Assembly (NCBI GenBank): GCA_051294375.1
Contig: CM119268.1
Coordinates: forward strand, 22,331,628 to 22,395,627
Reading direction: 5' to 3'
Source of the DNA: Paraspadella gotoi
Taxonomy: Eukaryota > Animalia > Chaetognatha
Length of the DNA: 64,000 nt
A program made the position numbers and the translations under genes. The notes beneath the pieces are model-generated. The model worked only from the letters and a program-made list of their open reading frames with translations, was not told the DNA's origin and searched no databases. Shown in pieces: positions 54,734-64,000 of this stretch. Numbering within the stretch: the first letter of the stretch is position 1; every line of letters begins with the position of its first letter.

Positions 54734-57473
54734 ATATCGCGTTCGTAAAACCGAACTCATTCGAAACGTGAGGAGATGGCAAAAAGAATGGAGGGTAAGT
54801 TAATGTTTTCATTTCGAGTTTTTTTTTACATTTAAACAATGAATATAAAAAAAATATTCATTCATTTAATAAGTAAGTAATCTTGTTAAGGTGGCAGACC
54901 TTCTATAAGAACCCTGCAAGCTCTCACTGTTCCTTTCTCTCTCTCTCTCTCTCTCCTCTCAGCTGATCAACGACCTGTTCCGAACACGCTTGGCCGAGCG
55001 ACGTCGCCTCTTCCCGACGCCTCCGCCGACGCCTCCGCCGGAGCCGTACGTCTACTGCAAGGGGGACGAGTTGATCTGTCGCTGCGGAGTCGAGGTGAAT
55101 AGGGATTAATTAATTGATTGATTAATTTAATTAATAAATTAATTCTACAATCGATTTCCATCAAATTTTCATTCCATGCATCAAAAAAAAAATAATCATG
55201 TCACCTAAAAATCGTCTAATGAATCACAAATTTATTAAATCATTTTTTTTTAAATCGAATCAGTGAGTCAATCAAATCTAATAAAACCAAATCAAACCAA
55301 TCAATGAGTCAATCCAATAAAATCAATCAGTCAATCTAACCAATCCATCAATCAATCCTCAAGCCCGATACCGGCGAAGATCTCTCTCCATCCGTCTCTC
55401 CATCGAACGAGAAGCCAAAAGTTGAGGCGCCAGAGTTAACGATCGAAGCAACTCCTCCTCCTCCTCCTCCTTCTTGTTTTCTTCATCCACCTCCTCCTCC
55501 TCCTCCTCTTCCTCCTCTCTCCTCCCGCTGCGGAGCGTGTCGTTGCGACCCGACGAAGTCCGTCTTCAAGAAGCCGCCGCCCGTGGAGCCGGACAAGTTC
55601 GCCGAGCGGGAAGTCACTATCGAGTTGGGAGTTAAGGTTAGTGCGGGGGGAGAGGGAGGCGAGAGAGAGAGAAAGAGAAGAGAGGAGTCAGAAATAGGCT
55701 CAGAGGTTAGTAGTGGTTTGTGGGGTTTTATGATACAAGATTGGATTTTCCTCTGCAATGCATTAGACTTACGGTAGGCGAATCAAACACTTCAAGGAAC
55801 CACTTAGGCGTGCTCATTAAATGTATAATTAATGACTCACCCTTCTATTAGTAAGAGATTTTAGGAGAGATGGCAATTATGCCCATAATGAGAATACTGG
55901 TGCTANNNNNNNNNNNNNNNNNNNNNNNNNATACAAGGAATTGGATTTCCTTGCAATACATTAACTTACGGTAGGCGATAAATCAAACACTGGGTGTATT
56001 AATGTATTATTACTTTATTAGTATAAATTTTAGGAGAATGAATTATTCCCATATGAGAATACTGTGCAACAACAAAAGTTTTATTTTTCCAAATATTTCG
56101 GCATAAATTNNNNNNNNNNNNNNNNNNNNNNNNNNNNNNNNNNNNNNNNNNNNNNNNNNNNNNNNNNNNNNNNNNNNNNNNNNNNNNNNNNNNNNNNNNN
56201 NNNNNNNNNNNNNNNNNNNNNNNNNNNNNNNNNNNNNNNNNNNNNNNNNNNNNNNNNNNNNNNNNNNNNNNNNNNNNNNNNNNNNNNNNNNNNNNNNNNN
56301 NNNNNNNNNNNNNNNNNNNNNNNNNNNNNNNNNNNNNNNNNNNNAGGTCAGTTTGAGGTTTTTGTAGTGTCCATGGTGTTTTTATGAATGAATGAATTTA
56401 TGAATGAACCCCAATCTTTATTGAGACCGCATCCGCGCCCACTCCGATGTCGCCGAATTTCCAAGGATTCTCGAATTTTAAGATCGTAAATTAGGCTTTT
56501 TATTTTTTTTATTCATAGTTTTTATGGGTTCAATGTTTTCGATGTCGAAATTCAGTGCGCAGTATTGATGGTGTTGTCTAATGCCAGAGGTCTGCCATTG
56601 TTGTTTTTCTATGGATTTTTCATAGGGGGGGACAACCCTTTCTGAGTTCTTTCTTTGACTAGTAGTAGTCAATTTTCACTTTTCTGGTTTCATTTTTCTT
56701 TGCCTTGAGATTGACCTCAAACTGACCTTTCTCTGTCTCTCTCTCTCTTTCTCCTCATAATTAATTGTTGATTATTATTTTTCTTTTTAGTTTTTACTGT
56801 TTATTCTTTACCACTGATGATGGCATAGAAATTTATGCCGATATATTTGGAAAAATAAAACTTTTGTGGTAGCACAGTATTCTCATATTGGAAATAAACC
56901 TATTGCTCATTATACTCCCTGTGCTTGTGATGACGTTTAAAGAATTATTCCCACTTTTGAAAATTATCATTCATTTTTCCAATTTTAAATTCACAACCAT
57001 TTGAGATTTTTTCAGTGATTTTTCCGTAATTTGAATTACCTTTTCCCATATCTTTCCTTGAATCACAGTTTAAAATACAATTGTATAAAACTATAAATGA
57101 TGGAGGCCTTAAACCACCAAAGCCTGTCAAAAGTCTGGGGCAAGATAGCTTATTTATTGAACGAATAGATAATTTTACATCGATTGTGCCATTAGAGTAA
57201 CGCTTGCCGTAAGTCGCTTCAATATCAAAACTTAATCTTCTCAAACCAAGCATTTCCCCCACCCAAAAAAAAAGACAATCCTACCAAGCTCTGCTACATC
57301 GAACGAGGTCGCTGGAGTCCCTTCAAGCCCTCGCTTCTCTTCCTTCACGCCTTGACTCTACAGAAATCCGTGTGGAGAGACGTGATGGAGGAACTGAGTG
57401 CTGAAGGAAAATTGATGGGAAAAGACCAGCACATGATGGCGTTGGATCTGCCGGGTGGGGAGGGAGGGAGGGG

Positions 57474-57505
<32 letters not shown>

Positions 57506-60500
57506 GAGACTGAGAGACATTATCCTTTTTTTTTTACCCACCAAAGGTCACGGAAACTCCACTTTAGACATCTCCGAGTGCTCGGTCTCCCACACGACCG
57601 CCCACGCGACCGCCCACAAAGTCGTCCACTTCGCCAACGCTGCCCAACGACCCCGCGCCGCCCACAAAGCCCCCACGCCTCCTACCCCCGAAGACCTCGT
57701 GGATCGCCTCCTCCGCATCCTGACCGACTTCGTGTCGGCGACGTCCTTGTCGGCCAAACCCTTTCATCTCGTCGGCCACGCGATTGGAGGATCTTTGGCG
57801 ATTTTATTCGCGGCGAAATTTCCGGAGAAATTGACGCAGTTGACGTTGATGGCGCCGCGTGGGTTTTGNNNNNNNNNNNNNNNNNNNNNNNNNNNNNNNN
57901 NNNNNNNNNNNNNNNNNNNNNNNNNNNNNNNNNNNNNNNNNNNNNNNNNNNNNNNNNNNNNNNNNNNNNNNNNNNNNNNNNNNNNNNNNNNNNNNNNNNN
58001 NNNNNNNNNNNNNNNNNNNNNNNNNNNNNNNNNNNNNNNNNNNNNNNNNNNNNNNNNNNNNNNNNNNNNNNNNNNNNNNNNNNNNNNNNNNNNNNNNNNN
58101 NNNNNNNNNNNNNTTTTTTTTTTTTTTTTTTAAGTTTGATGATTTAGGTTAGCGGTTAAGGATGAGGAATTTAGGTTATGGGTTAGTGGTTAGGTTAGTT
58201 ATTTGGTTACATTTTTGGTAAGTAATGGCTAGGGATTAAGGATTGAAGTTTGAGATTAGGTTTAGGGATTAGGTTAAGCATCGGATTAAACTTNNNNNNN
58301 NNNNNNNNNNNNNNNNNNNNNNNNNNNNNNNNNNNNNNNNNNNNNNNNNNNNNNNNNNNNNNNNNNNNNNNNNNNNNNNNNNNNNNNNNNNNNNNNNNNN
58401 NNNNNNNNNNNNNNNNNNNNNNNNNNNNNNNNNNNNNNNNNNNNNNNNNNNNNNNNNNNNNNNNNNNNNNNNNNNNNNNNNNNNNNNNNNNNNNNNNNNN
58501 NNNNNNNNNNNNNNNNNNNNNNNNNNNNNNNNNNNNNNNNNCCCGGGTGAGGATCGAACTCACGACCTTCAGATAACTCTTTGAGTTGCATTATGAGACT
58601 GACGCGCTGCCTACTGCGCTACCGAGGCTACATATAATAGTAAAAAAATTAACGATCAAACTTTCCCCCTTCCCCTACCTCAACTTTCCTACCTCATCAA
58701 CAGTCATGACCACTTACCCACGCGCCTCCGCTCTCTTCCGCGGCATCCGCTTCTCCTTACCTTCTTGCCCCTTACCCGCTCACTGCCCTCAACCTCACCG
58801 CTTCGACCATCCCTCCATTCGCTCCGACCACCCACCTTTCCACTCCGACCTCCCTCCCCTCCGCTCCGACCACCCCGTTCTTCGCTCCTTCCTCTTCCCC
58901 GTCACTCTGGAGGACATGGAGGTGGTTCTCAATCAGACCGTCCACGACCTCGACGTCGCCGACGCCATCTCTGGGCGAAAGATGGAGACGGAGTTGAATA
59001 AGAGATGGATGATGAGGAAAACTTACTTCGCCATTTTCGAGGCGTTGATGAGGTGATGGCAATTGCCAGTCATGAAATGGCAGGCTCCTTCACTTTTTGC
59101 CTGCAGGCACTGGGGGCACCCCTGACTAAATATAAAATGAGGTTTGGGTAATACATTATTGTCATGTTATGTTTATACTTTATTTGGTTTGTACCCTATC
59201 ATTCAATTGAGAAGAGAGGGATTTCAACATGAAACCAAAGTGGATTTTATTGAGAGTAAAATTGACAAGAAGACGGTGTCAATTTTTGGACAGAATGATC
59301 AAGTACAAAAACCAATTCAATTTATACAGAGCAAGTGGATCAACGACGTGGGTAGAATTTCCAGGCAGATGGAAGCCCATCCGCCTATTGGCCGGTTCCA
59401 TCTGGCTCCTGACCAATCAGAGAGCTCGATTCCATTTTCGGAGATTTCTCCCCGAGTCTATGATCCGATTGTATCCGGTTTCACTTGATTCCATCTTTTG
59501 AATTTTTAGATCTTCTGCAATGCTGTTTTACAAAATTCAAAGTAAAATTGTTCTTTTATTTGATTCCATGTTAATTTTTTTAGTCTTATGAGCTTTTTCC
59601 CGAGCCGCCCCCTAAGAGCGCAGGCTTTTAAATTTGTGGGGGGGTGTCTACCCCACATCCCTACGCTCCGGGGGTGTTGGGGGGTTGTGGAGTTTTGAGG
59701 GTTTAGTGGAGGGTGTTGTGGTTGTTTGAGTTGATCGACCCCAGTTGGACACTTTGTTAAAAGAGAAGTAAGATCGTTACTGATATTAATGATATCTATC
59801 TCTCTCTNNNNNNNNNNNNNNNNNNNNNNNNNNNNNNNNNNNNNNNNNNNNNNNNNNNNNNNNNNNNNNNNNNNNNNNNNNNNNNNNNNNNNNNNNNNNN
59901 NNNNNNNNNNNNNNNNNNNNNNNNNNNNNNNNNNNNNNNNNNNNNNNNNNNNNNNNNNNNNNNNNNNNNNNNNNNNNNNNNNNNNNNNNNNNNNNNNNNN
60001 NNNNNNNNNNNNNNNNNNNNNNNNNNNNNNNNNNNNNNNNNNNNNNNNNNNNNNNNNNNNNNNNNNNNNNNNNNNNNNNNNNNNNNNNNNNNNNNNNNNN
60101 NNNNNNNNNNNNNNNNNNNNNNNNNNNNNNNNNNNNNNNNNNNNNNNNNNNNNNNNNNNNTCGCAGCATCGTCGCCGTCGTCGTCGTCATCCAACCTCAC
60201 TCCCAAACCTGTCTGAGGTGACAGAGGTGACAGTTCCTTGAGAGGCTGCGGCCAGAATGTTGTTTAAAAAGGGTGGGGAATGATAGAGAGAGAGAGGGAG
60301 AGAGAGGGGGAAGGGGAGGAACAGGGGGGGGAGGTGACCAGGTCGGCTGGGCCTGTCCCACTCCGATACTCAAGAAAACAGATCGGGATTCCGCCTTTCG
60401 GTTTTTCCTTCTCCATGTTTGATTGAGCCTCCCGTCTCTTTTGATATCCGAATGGATGTTCCCGCTAGCAACGCGTGGAGGTCGAGACGTACTGCTTGTC

Positions 60501-60528
60501 GTCGTCGTCGTCGTCGGCGTCGGCGTCG

Positions 60529-60574
<46 letters not shown>

Positions 60575-61468
60575 TCTTTATTCGACCTCTCTTTTGTTAC
60601 AATAGAAAAAACTCTCTTATTATTAACCCTCTACGTCCTCGTTGTTGTTGTCATTGATCGTCGTTGTTGTTGTCATTTTTCAGACGAATCAACGACGTGA
60701 ATCGAATTTTGCCTTCGATTTCGACTCCTACTTTGATTCTTTGGGGTTTGAATGATCATTTCGTCGACGTCTGCGGCGCCAGGTGGTTTGGGGTGGTTTT
60801 GGGTGGTTGGGTGGAGCGACTTGAGGGTGGGTTGGGTTGGGAGGTGGTTGANNNNNNNNNNGTAAGAGGTAATGGTGATGCTGGGTGTGAGGTGATGATT
60901 ATTATTATTAATAGGTAGGTTATCATCTCAGGAAATTGTTCAATCGTAAAACACGCCTAAAATGTTAATAAGTATTATATTACGTCAATTAAATCTTCGT
61001 GATAAGTTAGTAAATAACGATTATAATGTTAATGATAACGATTATTATTCAAATTCAATTTTCGTAATGATAAAAGTAATGAAAAATTCCATGCATGATC
61101 ATAGTTTCTAAACTTTCTATGATCTATGCTATTTTCTTCGTCCATTGAAGAAGTTTCCATTTGCCAAGACCAGGAGAAAAAAACTGCAAAACTGTGAATG
61201 AATCCCATCGTCCTTGTGAAACTTGTTATCGTATTCCATCGCCATTTCTCTTCCATCTCCCCCCGAAACCCACCCCCCTCTTCAACAATCCTCCACCCCT
61301 TCCAGAATCCTCGAGCGTCAAATCCCCGCGACGACCCGAGTTCGAATCCTGATGTCGTCAGGTCACGGGATCGAGATCGAGGCTGCGACGGAGGTGGCGC
61401 TGCAAATCGCGCGAGTTCACAACAACGAAGGATTTCTGGAAGGAGAAAAGTCGAGAGTTTTCTTTTGA
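54734..61468 (+). CDS. ABHD6-like alpha/beta hydrolase with Ser-to-Ala at the nucleophile elbow (some exons in N gaps)
   Basis: Exon 57547-57858 GHGNS..KPFHLVGHAIGGSLAILFAAKFPEKLTQLTLMAP; 58705-59052 LFPVTLEDMEVVL; 60684-60782 ISTPTLILWGLNDHFVDVCGA; 61306-61468 ILMSSGHGIEIE..*. These are colinear with ABHD6 motifs as recalled. Upstream Pro/Cys-rich exons 54734-54794, 54963-55094 and 55363-55636 are assigned by inference. Confidence 0.75.
56052..56941. mobile_element. Non-autonomous element with inverted hammerhead-type ends and 12 bp TSD (intron of ABHD6-like gene)
   Basis: Inverted repeat 56051-56109 / 56830-56889. Plus arm CCA-CTGATGA-T-GGCATA(gaaatt)TATGCC-GATATATT-TGG; the other arm has GAAATATT. 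TSD GAATTATTCCCA at 56040-56051 and 56942-56953. Confidence 0.7.
58542..58628 (-). tRNA. trnM-CAT: tRNA-Met(CAT), elongator, with 17 nt intron (3' end truncated by gap)
   Basis: GCCTCGGTAGCGCAGTAGGCAGCGCGTCAGTCTCATA[ATGCAACTCAAAGAGTT]ATCTGAAGGTCGTGAGTTCGATCCTCACCCGGG; intron 58575-58591 at the canonical 37/38 position. Confidence 0.9.
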
Positions 61469-61504
61469 GAGAGAAACTTGTCTTATAATCGAGAGCGCGT
61501 CTCT

Positions 61505-61875
61505 TTACGGGATTCCAAAGCGCTCTCATTTCAACTTTAATTCGGGATTAAGTTAGTTTTTTTTTAAATTTGAAGATTAAGTTAAAGGTTAGGGTTTGGG
61601 ATTTAGTTAAGGATTAGGGTTAGGGATTAATCTTTAATATTTGTATTTGGAAAAAAAATTAAAGATTAGGGTTTAGGGATAAATATTAGATTAAGGTTTG
61701 GAATTAGGGTTGGGGATTGAGGTTGGGGATTAGGGTTAAGGATTAGGGTTGGGGATTTGGGTTAAGGATTGAGTTTTGGGTTTGGAAATAGATTAATGTT
61801 AAATATTAAAGTTTAGAATATTAAGGTCCGGGGATTATAGAACAGAAATGGCGCGCTTTTGGAAAAGGGAGCCCT
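61505..61875. mobile_element. MITE-like family with degenerate (TTAGGG)-like core; relatives at ~3556-3735, 19822-20085, 30873-31095, 63578-63843
   Basis: Imperfect TIRs (..ttcc..gcgc(t/c)c..atttc / gaaatggcgcgc..ggaaaa..gccc) enclosing gattagggttaag-type repeats. Confidence 0.55.
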
Positions 61876-62987
61876 AAATTTAGCAGGGGAATGATGTGCA
61901 TAACATTTAATGAATAATTCAAGTCAGAAGTACTTGAACATGTANNNNNNNNNNNNNNNNNNNNNNNNNNNNNNNNNNNNNNNNNNNNNNNNNNNNNNNN
62001 NNNNNNNNNNNNNNNNNNNNNNNNNNNNNNNNNNNNNNNNNNNNNNNNNNNNNNNNNNNNNNNNNNNNNNNNNNNNNNNNNNNNNNNNNNNNNNNNNNNN
62101 NNNNNNNNNNNNNNNNNNNNNNNNNNNNNNNNNNNNNNNNNNNNNNNNNNNNNNNNNNNNNNNNNNNNNNNNNNNNNNNNNNNNNNNNNNNNNNNNNNNN
62201 NNNNNNNNNNNNNNNNNNNNNNNNNNNNNNNNNNNNNNNNNNNNNNNNNNNNNNNNNNNNNNNNNNNNNNNNNNNNNNNNNNNNNNNNNNNNNNNNNNNN
62301 NNNNNNNNNNNNNNNNNNNNNNNNNNNNNNNNNNNNNNNNNNNNNNNNNNNNNNNNNNNNNNNNNNNNNNNNNNNNNNNNNNNNNNNNNNNNNNNNNNNN
62401 NNNNNNNNNNNNNNNNNNNNNNNNNNNNNNNNNNNNNNNNNNNNNNNNNNNNNNNNNNNNNNNNNNNNNNNNNNNNNNNNNNNNNNNNNNNNNNNNNNNN
62501 NNNNNNNNNNNNNNNNNNNNNNNNNNNNNNNNNNNNNNNNNNNNNNNNNNNNNNNNNNNNNNNNNNNNNNNNNNNNNNNNNNNNNNNNNNNNNNNNNNNN
62601 NNNNNNNNNNNNNNNNNNNNNNNNNNNNNNNNNNNNNNNNNNNNNNNNNNNNNNNNNNNNNNNNNNNNNNNNNNNNNNNNNNNNNNNNNNNNNNNNNNNN
62701 NNNNNNNNNNNNNNNNNNNNNNNNNNNNNNNNNNNNNNNNNNNNNNNNNNNNNNNNNNNNNNNNNNNNNNNNNNNNNNNNNNNNNNNNNNNNNNNNNNNN
62801 NNNNNNNNNNNNNNNNNNNNNNNNNNNNNNNNNNNNNNNNNNNNNNNNNNNNNNNNNNNNNNNNNNNNNNNNNNNNNNNNNNNNNNNNNNNNNNNNNNNN
62901 NNNNNNNNNNNNNNNNNNNNNNNNCTCTAATCTAAAAAAGTATATGTACTAAAAGTAAAAAAAAAGAGATTAAAAGGGAGAAAAATG

Positions 62988-63079
62988 TGCCCCGGGTGAG
63001 GATCGAACTCACGACCTTCAGATTGCTCCGTTTCGGATTCATTATGAGACTGACGCGCTGCCTACTGCGCTACCGAGGC
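62988..63079 (-). tRNA. trnM-CAT: tRNA-Met(CAT), elongator, with 19 nt intron
   Basis: 73 nt mature body nearly identical to animal elongator tRNA-Met; intron ATGAATCCGAAACGGAGCA at 63024-63042; T-run terminator downstream on the minus strand. Confidence 0.95.
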
Positions 63080-63370
63080 TTCGAGAAAGAAACTTATATT
63101 TATTCTTAATAACTCAAGGCATTAACATTTTAATCGAGACAAAGGAATTACGTGGGATGTAAATTGTGCATATTGTAATCGAAAAATCAAATATGTACAA
63201 ATAAATGTATTCCTTTAGATTTATAGCTTTGGAAATATTTTTTAAAAAATATTTTATATATATTTATATTATATTAATTTTACAGTAAAATAGTAATACA
63301 GTAGGAAACTACCAATTTGAATTTATGACAATTTTTTTATTATGAGAAAACCTTCTTTGAATAAAAAGAA

Positions 63371-63444
63371 AGGCACCACCGAGATTCGAACTCGGGATCT
63401 CCTGTTTACTAGACAGGCGCTTTAACCAACTAAGCCATGGCGCC
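63371..63444 (-). tRNA. trnT-AGT: tRNA-Thr(AGT)
   Basis: GGCGCCATGGCTTAGTTGGTTAAAGCGCCTGTCTAGTAAACAGGAGATCCCGAGTTCGAATCTCGGTGGTGCCT; complete cloverleaf followed by a T-rich terminator. Confidence 0.97.
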
Positions 63445-64000
63445 GACGATAAAATCATGTGCGACATGCGCTTGTATAGCTTGATTCACTGGCAGAGACG
63501 CTGGTGACATTTTTAATTTTAGTTATATTTAACTAATTTGGTCAATAAAAAAGATAAAAATTGAAATNNNNNNNNNNAATGCTTAGGGTTAGGGATTAAT
63601 CTTTAATATTTGTATTTGGAAAAAAAATTAAAGATTAGGGTTTAGGGATAAATATTAAATTAAGGTTTGGAATTAGGGTTGGGGATTGAGGTTAGGGATT
63701 AGGGTTAAGGATTAGGGTTGGGGATTTGGGTTAAGGATTGAGTTTTGGGCTTGGAAATAGATTAACGTTAAATATTAAAGTTTAGAATATTAAGGTCTGG
63801 TGATTATAGAACAGAAATGGCGCGCTTTTGGAAAAGGGAGCCCTAAATTTAGCAGAGGAAAGATGTGCATAATATTTAATGAATAATTCAAGTCAGAAGT
63901 ACTTGAACATGTATAGTTTTAATGTGAATACTACTATTTTTTCAACAAATAACTGTTGTTATACAACGATATCAAATGTATAAACGTTGAATCTTGTAAA

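Noticed and set aside
52143-62935. Long X-containing ORFs
   Set aside because: Artefacts of N gaps.

Overview
AT-rich, intron-rich animal (metazoan) genomic DNA from a gapped draft assembly, with many microsatellites and N-gaps. The left half holds a minus-strand tandem cluster of four multi-exon GT7-family (beta-1,4-Gal/GalNAc-transferase-like) type II membrane protein genes. One has a 1-nt frameshift, one lacks a Trp of the WGWGGEDDD motif, and one has tandemly amplified splice donors. Further right are an unknown plus-strand gene, a small secreted repeat-peptide precursor, a PAM2/Pro-rich ORF present in three copies (two look like uncorrected long-read duplicates), an ABHD6-like hydrolase whose nucleophile Ser is Ala, two intron-containing elongator tRNA-Met genes and tRNA-Thr(AGT). 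The most striking non-coding signal is a set of short non-autonomous elements carrying minimal type I hammerhead ribozyme motifs. These are often in inverted pairs, flanked by 11-14 bp target-site duplications, and show covarying helix II sequences (Penelope-like). There is also a TRIM-like mini LTR element, MITEs, Helentron-like elements and a 7-copy structured element containing a tRNA-like cloverleaf. All gene models were read by eye, so exon boundaries are approximate.
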